A DNA stretch of 64,000 nt from a plasmid. A model generated the notes under the pieces. That model had not been told where the DNA came from. It was given only the letters and a program-made list of their open reading frames with translations, and made no database searches. Below, piece by piece: positions 18,909 through 30,958 of this stretch (position 1 is its first letter; the number at the start of each line of letters is the position of its first letter). The position numbers and the translations under genes are program-made. The stretch is from sequence record OW969666.1. One strand, written 5' to 3'.

Positions 18909-19694
18909 ATGAAAGCAAACAAATTAACTGCATTAATAGTTACAACATACATTGGCTTTGTTTCAATGGCACACGCTTCGGCCCCTCAGGCGGTATTCAG
19001 TCCGGAGCAGGAGGCTCGTATCGGAGAAATCGCTGCCGACTATCTGATCTCCCACCCGGAGATTCTCGTGACGGTCAGTCAAAAGCTGCAGGAACAGCAG
19101 GAGGTACGTAAGCAGAAAATGTTTGCACTCAGCGTGATGGAGAATCAGGCGAACCTTCTGCATGATCCGGACACACCGGCTTACGGGCCTGAAAATGCAA
19201 AAGTCGCGGTGATTGAATTCTTTGATTACCAGTGCGTGTTCTGCAGCCGCTTTGCGCCGGAGCTGGAGAAGGTTATGAAAGCGCAGCCGGACGTCCGCTA
19301 CCACTTTAAGGAGTGGCCAATTTTTGGTGGTCGCTGGGAAGCTTCATTTCAGGCAGCACAGCAGGGGCTGACGGTCTGGCAAAAGAAAGGGCCGCAGGCC
19401 TATGTCACCTATCACAATGCCATCTACGCCACCGGTCATAATGAAGGCAAACTGACGGCGGAGGATATTCACGGAGCAGCGTCAAAGGCGGGACTGACCA
19501 CCCCAGCTCCTGGCGACCATACCGCATCCCTGGAGAAAAACAGTAACCTGGCTGAGGCGCTGGGACTCACCGGAACGCCGGGGATCATCGTCATGCCCGT
19601 TAGCGGAGCGACTCCTGATACCATCACGGTTTTCCCGGAAGCCGTAACCGCTGAAAGACTCCAGGCAGCAATCCTGAAAGCCACGGCCAGATAG
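18909..19694 (+). CDS. Periplasmic DsbA/DsbC-family thiol:disulfide oxidoreductase, 261 aa
   Basis: Signal peptide; CVFC active-site motif within a thioredoxin-like region. Confidence 0.6.
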   Translation: MKANKLTALIVTTYIGFVSMAHASAPQAVFSPEQEARIGEIAADYLISHPEILVTVSQKLQEQQEVRKQKMFALSVMENQANLLHDPDTPAYGPENAKVAVIEFFDYQCVFCSRFAPELEKVMKAQPDVRYHFKEWPIFGGRWEASFQAAQQGLTVWQKKGPQAYVTYHNAIYATGHNEGKLTAEDIHGAASKAGLTTPAPGDHTASLEKNSNLAEALGLTGTPGIIVMPVSGATPDTITVFPEAVTAERLQAAILKATAR

Positions 19695-19794
19695 AGGATT
19701 TCAATTTCCTGTTTGCTGTGCCAGCCACATATGCAACCAACTTTTTTTAGCATATAGTTAAGTTCAGTAGTAAAATGCAGCGCCTCGTCGAGAG

Positions 19795-20346
19795 ATGATG
19801 ATTATGGAGTCCGTCGTCGTGAAATTTAAAATCCAGCACTTGCAGGCCGCAGTGGCACTGGTTCTTGCCAGTTTCCAGCCGCAACCCAAAGCGGTTGCGT
19901 GTCAGCCTACGATTGTTGAACGGGTTTACGAAATGGGCTCCAGAGTCAACAAAACCGATATCAGCGAGCTCACTGTTGCTCTCAATGACGTAGCTGAAGA
20001 ATTACGCTCAAGTCGCATTGAGCTGGCCCGGTATGCAGACAGCGATTTCTCCGGCGCTATCAAAGTCGCCAGCGACATCAGAAATCATACTATCCATGTC
20101 GCAGGTATCGCAGAGTCCTTTGTTCTGATGTTGCCGGAAAAAAACATCATTCAGTCGTATGACAGGAATTCTGTTGAGTTTGCGTTCTTTAAGGCCATTA
20201 AGATGGTCAGTCTTGCGACCAAAAACTACCTTAGTCTGATTGATCAAATCACGCGAACGACAGAAGTGCGTGACTCTGGAATCAACCTCTCGGCCATGAA
20301 TCACCTGCTGGATTCAGGCGACAGGGCTGCGGCCAAATGGCGTTAA
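19795..20346 (+). CDS. Hypothetical protein, 183 aa, overlapping the downstream toxin gene by 10 nt (possible atypical antitoxin)
   Basis: Translational overlap with the YafO-like ORF; no family recognised. Confidence 0.4.
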   Translation: MMIMESVVVKFKIQHLQAAVALVLASFQPQPKAVACQPTIVERVYEMGSRVNKTDISELTVALNDVAEELRSSRIELARYADSDFSGAIKVASDIRNHTIHVAGIAESFVLMLPEKNIIQSYDRNSVEFAFFKAIKMVSLATKNYLSLIDQITRTTEVRDSGINLSAMNHLLDSGDRAAAKWR

Positions 20347-20753
20347 CGGCTGAGTACAGTCATGTCACGTGGGATTCGTTTTTCCAGCCCACGTTTGCCG
20401 TTTACCCTGAGCTGGAGAGTCAGCTACAGGCAGAGTTCATCACGTATAAATCAACTGGCGCACCGTCGAATCTCCTTGGAAGGGACGCCCCCTTTGATTT
20501 CCCGCCATTCGCTGTCGATGCTAACGTCCAGCATATTCACGTTAATCTGCATTTCCAGCTCACCTGGAGTGCCAGACAAGAGAATTACAACCGTACCTCA
20601 GATCATTATCTCATTTACACAGAACACATGTGGGATAGCGGCCGCTTTCTGCTGATGGGGCTGATAACACCGGCTCATGAACGTATGCCAGCGAGAGATA
20701 CCCGGTTACTCAGCTACTTTTCTGAAGTTGCAGAAGATTTTCACGCTTCATAA
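20337..20753 (+). CDS. yafO: YafO-family type II toxin-like protein, 138 aa
   Basis: …AEFITYKSTGAPSNLLGRDAPFD…HIHVNL…DHYLIYTEHMWDSGRFLLMGLITP…ARD… parallels E. coli YafO …ADFISYKRDGVLPDTFGRDALYD…HIHLAN…AHLVYCQGAFDEQAWLLIAILKP…ARD…. Confidence 0.55.
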   Translation: MALTAEYSHVTWDSFFQPTFAVYPELESQLQAEFITYKSTGAPSNLLGRDAPFDFPPFAVDANVQHIHVNLHFQLTWSARQENYNRTSDHYLIYTEHMWDSGRFLLMGLITPAHERMPARDTRLLSYFSEVAEDFHAS

Positions 20754-20965
20754 CCCTCAAAATCACATATGGTACCCGGCGAAAGAACGAAAAGGACCGG
20801 CCATCCCGCATATCCAAACCACCCCGGTTCAGAAGGGGAAGCAGGATAACCGGCAGACCTACTTTAACGGAAGTTCCACTGTTGAACCATTCGAGAAAAT
20901 CGCGCAGCCTGCGAGCATCTTTGCACACTATCTTGTTAACTTATCATCTTGGTATGTTATTAAGT

Positions 20966-21985
20966 TCATATCAGATCCAGACGGTCACGAGCCGTGCGCA
21001 GGCGCGCTTCGCCGCGGCGATCGTACTGCTGGGTGGTGGTGACGCTGGCATGCCCCATGGCATCCTTTACAGTGATTAAGTCCTCGCCGTTATCCAGCAT
21101 GGAGGTCGCAAAGGTTCGCCTTAAATCGTGCGGTGCGCATTTTGCAATCCCAGCCAGGCGCTGGCGCACCTGCAGGACATGGTACACCGTCTGGTCGGTA
21201 AGCCGGTCGTTCGTCAGGGTGTCAAAGCGGCGGATACGGGTGAATAGCGGCCCGTCTTTTTCTCCCCGCACGTCATCGATCCACTTTCTGAGCCGCTGCC
21301 AGGTGCCCGCCGGCATATAGGCCAGCCTTTCCTTGTTCCCCTTACCCAGTACCCTGAGCGCCCGCTCATCTGTGACAATGTCACACAAATCGAGCCCCAC
21401 GGCCTCCGAGCGTCGCAGGCCGCAGCCGAGAATGACACCCAGCATCGCCGCATCGCGCACCCCAATGCTGGAGTCATCGGCCTCGCAAGCACCGAACAGC
21501 GCCCGGATCTCCTCCGGCGGCAGGGCCCGGCCGCGCGGAAGACGGCTGCCGCGCAGGTTACGGACCGCCCGGATGTGCTGGAAGCTCTCCACGTCCATCA
21601 GCCTGAGCATCCAGGCTTCCTTCGCCACGCCCTTGAGTGCCGAAAGATAGGTGTTGACGGTGGCGGTGGCCCGGCCGGTGTCGCGCAGCAGTTCGGTCAC
21701 GGCCATCACGTGATGGCGCCGCAGGCTGCCCCAGCTGCAGGACTCCAGGGAGGCAGCTCCGAGCATAACGGCGACGATGTTCAGGAACGAGGCCATGGTC
21801 TGCCGGCTGCGGTGGGAATTGAGTGAAAGCAGGTAGGCCCGGGCCGGGCTGACCGGGGCATTCTCACCTGACAGCGCCGGCAGGAATTCCTCACTGGCTG
21901 CGGGCAGACTCAGCTCCGGTTCGTCATCGGGAATCAGGATCATGTCGGGCTCCGTCCGGCGCGCTGCGTAAAAAATCGGGGGCAA
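20966..21985 (-). CDS. Tyrosine site-specific recombinase/integrase, 339 aa
   Basis: C-terminal HDLRRTFAT…GHASVTTTQQY (R-H-R-Y catalytic pattern). Confidence 0.8.
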   Translation of the reverse strand: MPPIFYAARRTEPDMILIPDDEPELSLPAASEEFLPALSGENAPVSPARAYLLSLNSHRSRQTMASFLNIVAVMLGAASLESCSWGSLRRHHVMAVTELLRDTGRATATVNTYLSALKGVAKEAWMLRLMDVESFQHIRAVRNLRGSRLPRGRALPPEEIRALFGACEADDSSIGVRDAAMLGVILGCGLRRSEAVGLDLCDIVTDERALRVLGKGNKERLAYMPAGTWQRLRKWIDDVRGEKDGPLFTRIRRFDTLTNDRLTDQTVYHVLQVRQRLAGIAKCAPHDLRRTFATSMLDNGEDLITVKDAMGHASVTTTQQYDRRGEARLRTARDRLDLI

Positions 21986-22166
21986 ACTTACTGTCAGAGC
22001 GTACCGCAGAAAGTCTACTTTTTCAAAGGTACATTTTAATAAGCAGAAAAAACTGAAACCATTCTTCGGTCATTGCAGCTCGAACAGCTGTTGACGGTCA
22101 GATTCGGGTAGGTGCCTGTACGCTGTAACGCTGCTAATTTAGCTTAACCACCATAATAAAGAGGGA

Positions 22167-23327
22167 ATGTTAACAATGAATCAAAAATGGAAGACGCTGT
22201 TAATTTCGGTATTAACTCCGTCTGGCATCATATCAGGGATCGCGCTGACTGTGCTCTGGGGATATTTCAGTCGTCTTGACAGACTCGATGTTTTCTTTGA
22301 GGTGATGAGCATCAAGAGTCTATTCGCTATGGTCTGCTGCGCAGCCGTATTCTCATTAGCGATTCTGTTATTTATCTTTTTTATAATCTCTATATTCATG
22401 CCGATTATCATTCCTCTGGACATCAATAATCTTCCTACATACAATAAAATTCAGAATAACTTTTTATCGATACTGATGCTGTCAGGACTGTTCCCGATGG
22501 CGTTTATCTATGTATTTTACTATGCTTTCGATTTCAGCCAGGCCGTAAAAAATAATTCAGGCTGGCTGTCTTTGCTAAGTATCGGTGTACTGACCATAAT
22601 TATTTCCTGCCTGATAAGCCGAAAATATCTAGAACACGACTTATCAATTAAAAATACGAAGGTGAGATGGATGCGGCGATGCCAGATTTATGTGGCCATC
22701 CCGCTCTGTATAGCACTGCTGGCGCATCTTCAGGTGTTTCCACTGGAAATAGTATTCAGGAATATTTCTGCTTCAACTGAAAAGGTAAGTTTCAGGATCG
22801 TGGCCGGAATGGCGTTCATGTCTTATATGGTTTTTTTTATGACAATTTTGCCTGGCCTCGTTTACCTCAGAATGGATGCCAAGGATAAACTCCCCAAAAA
22901 AATTAGCACTTCCCTGATAGTGTCTCTGATGATACTGTTATTTATTTCTACAAAAATAACTGTTTTACCTGTTATATTTACTCATTCCGTCATTAAACTT
23001 TCAGGTATAAGTGATTTCAGCACCCACAGCTATATTATAAAATCTAGCGAGTATCCGGAGGAGTTTTTTTCTAATTCAGTTTGGGATAGGAAAAAAATCA
23101 AAGCAGGAGAATATTACTCGGTTCGGGCTGTTTCTATATTTACCACCAATCAATTCAGTTTTCTTTGCCCTGAAGAAATAATCAAATCCTATAGGGAAAG
23201 CTGGAAATTTAATCCGCTGGATTCTGAGTTCGATACAGATGTCAGGCTTAAACTCCAGAAAGATGCCGCTTACTGCGTACCGGTTTCAGCGACAGCTGTA
23301 AAACGCTGGGATGTTCCACTCCAGTAA
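22167..23327 (+). CDS. Polytopic membrane protein, 386 aa, encoded in a strongly AT-rich island
   Basis: Many hydrophobic helices; local GC far below the rest of the window; no family recognised. Confidence 0.5.
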   Translation: MLTMNQKWKTLLISVLTPSGIISGIALTVLWGYFSRLDRLDVFFEVMSIKSLFAMVCCAAVFSLAILLFIFFIISIFMPIIIPLDINNLPTYNKIQNNFLSILMLSGLFPMAFIYVFYYAFDFSQAVKNNSGWLSLLSIGVLTIIISCLISRKYLEHDLSIKNTKVRWMRRCQIYVAIPLCIALLAHLQVFPLEIVFRNISASTEKVSFRIVAGMAFMSYMVFFMTILPGLVYLRMDAKDKLPKKISTSLIVSLMILLFISTKITVLPVIFTHSVIKLSGISDFSTHSYIIKSSEYPEEFFSNSVWDRKKIKAGEYYSVRAVSIFTTNQFSFLCPEEIIKSYRESWKFNPLDSEFDTDVRLKLQKDAAYCVPVSATAVKRWDVPLQ

Positions 23328-23386
23328 CCGAAGTTTGCAACTTCGTTCCTAATAAGGGTATAAGTACGAAACTTATACCCTTCATT
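23328..23386 (+). terminator. Two tandem hairpins after the membrane-protein gene
   Basis: cgaagtt-tgc-aacttcg and gggtataagt-acgaaa-cttataccc. Confidence 0.4.
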
Positions 23387-24059
23387 ATCATTTCCCGGTA
23401 GATTTACTGGGTTTCAATCCGGGTGTATTACCGGGCGTATCCTTATTATCGCGACGACGTTGATCTGGCTTTCCTGTTGACTTGGCAATTGGTTTGGGAC
23501 CTGGTTTTAAACCCATGATACGGATTCCTGAGTTTCAGAGGGACATCCTCAATATACATATATGGGATCCACTGTACCTTATCAAGTTATAAACGCAAAA
23601 TGTTCCCGACAGATGACCGGTACGGAAGATTATATCTCTGCCGATCAAGGATGCGTCGAAAAAATGGAGTATACCGCTCCAGAACTGGCGACTGGCGATT
23701 AGTGGTTTTATTATCGAGTTCGGTGACTGCCTTAGCGATCACCTTTCATATATTGGAAGTTACACAGAATTTCAGGCTTAAAAAAACAAAAGGAACATCT
23801 TGAGAACCTTTAGAGGATAAATCTGATTGTTTTGCCGGATTAAACTTCACTATTTATTAAAATTCGCATTTTGCAGCTTCGCTCCCACTAGGCCGTAAAG
23901 GAGGGCGGCAGGGTAGAGCCACAAAACTATTCACTTTTATAAACAACTTGAGCTTTGCGCATTAAACCCTTGCCGCAGGCGGTGAACCGCATATCCGGCA
24001 CAGACAGTCAGTTTTTCTGGCAGCTTAAATTTGACACAGCTTAATATAGTGATTCATTA

Positions 24060-25358
<1,299 letters not shown>

Positions 25359-25368
25359 CCACTACACG

Positions 25369-26868
25369 TTAGTTTTCTACTAACTGAACGACGACTAGCC
25401 TGCCGCCTTCCTCCTTTGACAGAACAAACTGAGCGTTATTCGTCAGTTCAATTTTTTCACCAATGGCAATCTGTCGTTTATCCGGTAATGACATAAGCCC
25501 ATTTATGCCTTCATTTACTAACCACCACTGATCGTTATGGAAAACAAAATACCCAACTCGTTTCCTTTGTGCATCGGTTGTGCGCTCATTTGGCGCAATG
25601 AGGCGATTCACATGCCACGCATAGATTGACTGCCCGCTCCACACCATCAACCGGTGATCGTCAGGACGATAACTGCCTTCCTTTCGGGATGAATATAAAT
25701 TTAGAACCGGTAATTTACCCTTGTATGGCGTACCGCAGTAGGGACAAACCGGCTTTGTCTTACCTGAGAAAACGTACCATTTCTGTTCACACGCCTTGTT
25801 CTGGCAGGGCTGTATCAGATCGACTGTTTTAACCAGGGCACTTTCCCACTCATCGGCGGTCGGGCGTTTAGTGGCATCGTGTAAGCCATCAATAAAGGCG
25901 CGTTCAAACAAAGGCGTCAGATAAGGGCCCATGATGGTGTAAGGAATTTTCTCCGGGTCAGCCCAGGGCAGTGAAAAGGAGGATAGCTGACTGACTTTGA
26001 CTGCATTGCTTTTGTCTGTCGGATGTTCAATGAAGAGTGCCTTCTCACCCATAGATAAGGTCTCATCACGTACTTCATCCGACATGTCATGTATTTTTCC
26101 GCCACGTAGCGGATGACGGAAGAACAGATACATGTAGATAAGCACCGACAGCGCATGACGGTCAGTAGAAATGCTTGGCAATACGCGGTTCGGATCCTCT
26201 TTGGAAAGATGGCTGGTTTTCACCACTTCCGGAGCGATAAAATCCGGGGTGCCCACGACGTCGGGAGGATACTTTCCAGGGACAACCAGGCCGTCTACGT
26301 CAATGATGCAGGCATGTCCCATTTCTGGATCGATAAGCACGTTTTTATAGCTTAGATCGCTGTGACAGAGACCTGCCGCATGCATCCTTCTGACGGCTCT
26401 TGTTAGCAGCAGACAGACCTTGAGATAGGTAAGCGTATTGCCTCGTTCACGTGGGTCGAGAAATTTATTCTGGTTGCTGGCGCTGGCAAACCATTTGCCT
26501 TCCTTTTCACGGCCTTTTATGCCAAGAAAATCATCGTTTTTAGAGCCGTATTTAAAGAAAAAGTAGCTTTTGTAGGTTGGAACCACGATGCCGATTTTAT
26601 CCCCATGCTCAACAACGTGGGTCGGCCAGCAAAACAGGTCCTTCCAGTATTCACCTCCGGACTGGCCAAAAATGTTTTGCCTGTAGCGTCCGGTGATCAT
26701 ATCAATCCGATCCCGGGCCTGCTCGTTCTGCGGTTTATGATAAAAAGCGACGACGTATGATTTATCAGGCGAGAAGTAAACATCCTTCATCGAGCCCGAA
26801 CCAATTACCTCGTCAACATACTGGACTGTTTCGCCGTCCTTTGTTTTGCACGTAACAATATTTGCCAT
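25369..26868 (-). CDS. Ser/Thr protein kinase with C-terminal zinc-ribbon (TerY-P triad kinase), 499 aa from ATG 26868
   Basis: HSDLSYKNVLID catalytic-loop motif, DVDG, APE motif; C-terminal CQNKACEQ…CPYCG; RBS GGTGA; last gene of the terY operon. Confidence 0.8.
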   Translation of the reverse strand: MANIVTCKTKDGETVQYVDEVIGSGSMKDVYFSPDKSYVVAFYHKPQNEQARDRIDMITGRYRQNIFGQSGGEYWKDLFCWPTHVVEHGDKIGIVVPTYKSYFFFKYGSKNDDFLGIKGREKEGKWFASASNQNKFLDPRERGNTLTYLKVCLLLTRAVRRMHAAGLCHSDLSYKNVLIDPEMGHACIIDVDGLVVPGKYPPDVVGTPDFIAPEVVKTSHLSKEDPNRVLPSISTDRHALSVLIYMYLFFRHPLRGGKIHDMSDEVRDETLSMGEKALFIEHPTDKSNAVKVSQLSSFSLPWADPEKIPYTIMGPYLTPLFERAFIDGLHDATKRPTADEWESALVKTVDLIQPCQNKACEQKWYVFSGKTKPVCPYCGTPYKGKLPVLNLYSSRKEGSYRPDDHRLMVWSGQSIYAWHVNRLIAPNERTTDAQRKRVGYFVFHNDQWWLVNEGINGLMSLPDKRQIAIGEKIELTNNAQFVLSKEEGGRLVVVQLVEN

Positions 26869-26893
26869 ATTGATCACCGAAGAAGCGTATCCC

Positions 26894-28534
26894 TTACCAC
26901 AACACCGCAATAGTGCGGTCATCGTGGTTCCCTGTGGAGAAAAAGTTAAGCCAGTCGCCTAACCTCTCAGGCGCAATACTGGCGTCTGTAAGGACAGGGA
27001 TGAGCTCATCAAGGAGACGGGTCCATTTTTCGTCACTGCGAAGCCCGTTATCTGTCTCAAACAGAGGGTCTGATACGCCATCTGTCATGAGGATCAAGTG
27101 AGATACATCATTCCATTTACCCACGCTGATGCGGCCGCTAAACGAGGGGTCTGCGATAATGCTCTGGTCAAGAAAGCGGGTTTGTCCTGCGTATTCTCCG
27201 CTATCGGGATTTCCCAGTATCCTGACTTTACCGGAAGGGCTGTATGCACCTATCGCACCATCACCAAGCCAGAATGCAGCCGCAAACAGCTCATTATCAG
27301 TTCGTAGCGCTACAGTTGCCAGTAGGGTTGTTGAATAGGATTTCACAGGTTGTTCTGCACAAATGGCTTCGTTCTGGATACTGTTGACCGCGAGCGTAGC
27401 TGCCTGTTTAAAATGATGAAGCATGGCGTTTATGGTTGCCTGCTGATCGCTCCCTTCCCACGCCGTGATGTGCTGCTTTAGATGGACGCCTTTCAAACCA
27501 CTGAGCTGATTGAAAAGGTAATCGCCAGCCGTTTGGACTGCAATCCGGGAGCCTTCCCGGGAATTTACCGCACTACCGGCCCCGTCTGCGACCAGCATGA
27601 CAGACCATCCTGTTTCCTGGCAGTGGTTGATATAGAAGTCGTCATCTCTGAAGCTCCCGGCATGCTCATGAGATCGTCCCCGGCGACTGGCGGCAGCAAT
27701 ACGTATGTCACCCCTGACCAGGCCAGCAGCGTCCAGATGGGACTTAGGGTAGGAAGCGCCTGCTGGTGGCTCTACCACCTTCCACAGGCTTCTCGGATCG
27801 GGATTGACTATAAAAAGCTGTTTTGTTTCGCATTCGTCGTGCGAAGCGCATGACCAGAGTACTGAAAGCTCTATATCGCCGCTTTCGGTGGGTGTACCTG
27901 TCAGCAACTTATGCTCTTTGTCAAAGGTCAGGCCAATGTTCCTGGGAAAGACAACGTCCCTGACAGTAGCCTGCTGGCCCTCATCCAGAACTATAGCAAC
28001 CGGCGAAGAGAAACGTTCGCCTGCGCGGGCGTTGGGAATAACTATTTTAGCTCTCGGGGGAACGGCAGGTGGCACAGCTAATCCGGCCCGCTGCTGGCCT
28101 GTCGGTATCTGCCCGGGTTTTAATACCAGGGAAGACAGGTTTTCGTCTTCCCTCTGTGCTGGTTTATCAAATTCGTAATAAGGCATCAGCTTCCAGAACG
28201 GAGGATGAGGTTCATTTTCTGGCAGGGGTTGCAGTAATGGTGTATCGGTAGCGTCAATGCCCGGGTTATCTGCATCACTTACGACCGTTTGTTGCTGATC
28301 GGAAAGGCTGGATGCTGACGAGGGGGCGATCTCTGCGTCGTTATAACCTTCGCTAACCCGCGCAGATAAACCCTGTGCAAGGCTCTCAATCCGCTCTTTA
28401 AGCCGCATAATCTCTTCAGTAAGGGAAGGGTCGTGCGATAGAAGAAAAAGCCGCTCACCTTCTACAGGGTGGCCCAGCTCAGACAGCACTAAGCGGATAA
28501 TCTTCTCTTCAAGTAAAGCATTTTGCGACATCAA
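26894..28534 (-). CDS. PP2C-family Ser/Thr phosphatase with an uncharacterised ~280-aa N-terminal region
   Basis: C-terminal VADGAGS…MTDGV PP2C metal-binding motifs; start overlaps the upstream vWA gene. Confidence 0.8.
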   Translation of the reverse strand: MMSQNALLEEKIIRLVLSELGHPVEGERLFLLSHDPSLTEEIMRLKERIESLAQGLSARVSEGYNDAEIAPSSASSLSDQQQTVVSDADNPGIDATDTPLLQPLPENEPHPPFWKLMPYYEFDKPAQREDENLSSLVLKPGQIPTGQQRAGLAVPPAVPPRAKIVIPNARAGERFSSPVAIVLDEGQQATVRDVVFPRNIGLTFDKEHKLLTGTPTESGDIELSVLWSCASHDECETKQLFIVNPDPRSLWKVVEPPAGASYPKSHLDAAGLVRGDIRIAAASRRGRSHEHAGSFRDDDFYINHCQETGWSVMLVADGAGSAVNSREGSRIAVQTAGDYLFNQLSGLKGVHLKQHITAWEGSDQQATINAMLHHFKQAATLAVNSIQNEAICAEQPVKSYSTTLLATVALRTDNELFAAAFWLGDGAIGAYSPSGKVRILGNPDSGEYAGQTRFLDQSIIADPSFSGRISVGKWNDVSHLILMTDGVSDPLFETDNGLRSDEKWTRLLDELIPVLTDASIAPERLGDWLNFFSTGNHDDRTIAVLW

Positions 28535-29571
28535 CCTCTCCCTCTGTTTACGTCGAAGTTAGTGTTTCCGCCATCATTGCTGAATGACAGACCTGTTTCA
28601 CACCACGGGCAGATCACGTCATCCGGGCCGTCAATGCACAGCAATTTTCCGCATGAGCACAGGGCAAACGCACTGGCATTACCGCAGTGAGGGCAACCCG
28701 GTACGCCATGCAGTTCGCTGGTGTTTACCTGCAAACCGGTAGCGGTGGCATCTGACCATGCAAAATAGTCCTCATCGATGGGATAGCATCCGGCAATATT
28801 AAAGCTGTTCAGGTTCAGGCTGAAATCGAGCCCGGAAATCCTTGCTGGTGGCCGTTCATACTTCATCAGATACGGACGACGGGTCTTGCTGCAACGGCCG
28901 GTAAGCGTAACGCAGATTTCGTCGTACGCTTTTACTGGCTCGTCCTTGGCCAGCCGGACTATGTATTCAGTCTGGCTGAGCTCAGGTTGTTTGTCGTCTC
29001 CGACGCTGCGGCTGTGCGCCGTAACCGAGGCTGTGATCCATTTGATGAAGCGGGTAAAGTCCCCTTCCTGAGACTCGGTGAACAGCATGACATTCTCTGT
29101 CAGTTGCCGCAGGGTATTCAGGTCCGCTGACGGCCCCAGGCCAACGGCAATGAGATTCACTTTACTCGCGTAGTGATCCTTCCAGCGCTTCACTTCTGCG
29201 GTTGTGTCGTCAGTCGGACGTCCGTCGGTAAGGAGATACACGACGGGTTTCCAGTCGCCTTTAGCCTCATGAGTGGTTTTTCTGACCTGGGTATCAATTT
29301 GTACGGTCAGCTCACGCAATGCGGCCCCAAGGCTCGTACCGCCGCCAACGGGAAGGCGGGGAGGGTAGAACGAGGCAATTTCGTGAAGAGGTACAATCGT
29401 ACGGGCTACACCGGCAAATGCGATTACCGAAACCCAGGCTGTTTCAAGTGCGTGTGGATCCTTTCTTAAATCTCCGACGATCATTTGCAGACCATCAGTC
29501 ATTTTTTTCAGGTTTTCACCAATCATGGACTCTGAACAGTCCAGGACAAAAAACACGGGAAGGCGTCTCAT
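28531..29571 (-). CDS. terY: TerY-like vWA protein with C-terminal Cys-rich zinc-ribbon, 346 aa from ATG 29571
   Basis: MRRLPVFFVLDCSESM vWA MIDAS start; C-terminal CPHCGN…CSCGK…CPWC. Confidence 0.75.
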   Translation of the reverse strand: MRRLPVFFVLDCSESMIGENLKKMTDGLQMIVGDLRKDPHALETAWVSVIAFAGVARTIVPLHEIASFYPPRLPVGGGTSLGAALRELTVQIDTQVRKTTHEAKGDWKPVVYLLTDGRPTDDTTAEVKRWKDHYASKVNLIAVGLGPSADLNTLRQLTENVMLFTESQEGDFTRFIKWITASVTAHSRSVGDDKQPELSQTEYIVRLAKDEPVKAYDEICVTLTGRCSKTRRPYLMKYERPPARISGLDFSLNLNSFNIAGCYPIDEDYFAWSDATATGLQVNTSELHGVPGCPHCGNASAFALCSCGKLLCIDGPDDVICPWCETGLSFSNDGGNTNFDVNRGRG

Positions 29572-29656
29572 AATTTTCCTCGTACGGCTGGTACGGCCAG
29601 CAGAAAACGTTGCTGTACAGAAAGGTGCTGCCCGGAAAGCAGCACCTTTCTGTCTG

Positions 29657-30298
29657 TCAGAGCACCAGCTGGATTTCTGGTGGAGGAGGGGGAAGGGTAT
29701 CAGTTCCGTTATTGATCCCCGCGCTTGTGCTGCCGGAAGACACGCTGGCCGATACCCATTTAAAGAAACCTGCAAACGCGGTTGAATCTAGCGTCTCCAG
29801 AGACACAACCTTATCGGTGAGCTGTTTTAAGTGCTCATGGCCTGCTTTAGGACCAACGGCGCAGGCAATGATGGATCCGAATCCCCGGCCGCGAATCGCT
29901 TTTACCGCTTCACCGTACGCCAGGGCATCAGAAGGGGTTCCATCAGTCATCAGGAATACCAGAGGACGCCAGTCTCCTTTTGTATCACCATCTGAGCGAC
30001 GTACATCCCGTTCAACACACTGCATCAGACATTCAAGGGCAGCACCGGTGAACGTCCCGCCTGCGCTTGGCACAACGATATCAGAAAACTGGAAGTCTTC
30101 CAGCGGCGTGAGAGGAATGAACTCACGCGCCCCATTGTCATAGGTGATAATGGAGATATGAACGCTTTCGAGGGCGTAGGGATCCTGGCGAAGAGCGCTA
30201 AGCATCGCCTGAATTCCAACGTTAACGGAATGGATGGACTCACCGCGCATCGAGCCGGATGTGTCGATAACAAGGTAAACAGGCAGGCGGCGCATCAC
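29657..30298 (-). CDS. terY: TerY-like vWA protein, 213 aa
   Basis: MMRRLPVYLVIDTSGSM (DxSxS MIDAS) …LMTDGTPSD. Confidence 0.8.
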   Translation of the reverse strand: MMRRLPVYLVIDTSGSMRGESIHSVNVGIQAMLSALRQDPYALESVHISIITYDNGAREFIPLTPLEDFQFSDIVVPSAGGTFTGAALECLMQCVERDVRRSDGDTKGDWRPLVFLMTDGTPSDALAYGEAVKAIRGRGFGSIIACAVGPKAGHEHLKQLTDKVVSLETLDSTAFAGFFKWVSASVSSGSTSAGINNGTDTLPPPPPEIQLVL

Positions 30299-30936
30299 AT
30301 GTAATTCCTCAGGTGCGAGACAAACGAATCTGATTCTGAAGGCTCACCAATTGCCCTGAGTTTCCAGCCTGTAGCCTCGCGTATCAGCTCGGCAAAAACC
30401 ATGGAGCGCTGGCTGGCGAAGGCGGGTCCGCCAGAAAGATCGAATCGTGCCATTTCAATATTACGGGCATCTACTGCCCGGATGAAGGCATTCTGAACTT
30501 TACCAAAGTGCTGCTGGAGCTTTTCACCATTGTAGATCTGAACGATGAACACAATTTTCTCGTACTGAGCGTCAAGGGAATTCAGGCGCACAATAATTTG
30601 CTCATCGTCACCGTCACCGGCTCCGGTTCGGTTATCGCCCGTCAGCCAGATATTTCCTGACTTATGGCGAAGGCTGTTGAAAAAGATGATATCGCCATTC
30701 ACAAGCGTTGGTTTACCATTTTCCACATTGCCGAGATCGGTCACCTTTCCGGCTGAATTACACAGGAAAGCGATCACATCAAGGTCGTATTCTTCTTCTT
30801 TTTTACCAAAGATCCCGCCGAGGAAACCTTTCTTTTCCTCATTAATATCCCAACCCAGGCCGATAGTAACGGACGAGAGATCGTATTCATTTTTTTTCAG
30901 GCTTACGCCCTGGCCTTTGCTCAGACTGACAGACAT
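30295..30936 (-). CDS. terX: TerX (TerD-family protein)
   Basis: Shares the family's [10 protein letters not shown]-terminus and the Ca-binding GDNRTGAGDGDDE motif seen in TerD/TerE. Confidence 0.85.
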   Translation of the reverse strand: MSVSLSKGQGVSLKKNEYDLSSVTIGLGWDINEEKKGFLGGIFGKKEEEYDLDVIAFLCNSAGKVTDLGNVENGKPTLVNGDIIFFNSLRHKSGNIWLTGDNRTGAGDGDDEQIIVRLNSLDAQYEKIVFIVQIYNGEKLQQHFGKVQNAFIRAVDARNIEMARFDLSGGPAFASQRSMVFAELIREATGWKLRAIGEPSESDSFVSHLRNYM

Positions 30937-30958
30937 GACATCCCCTTAATTAATAAAA

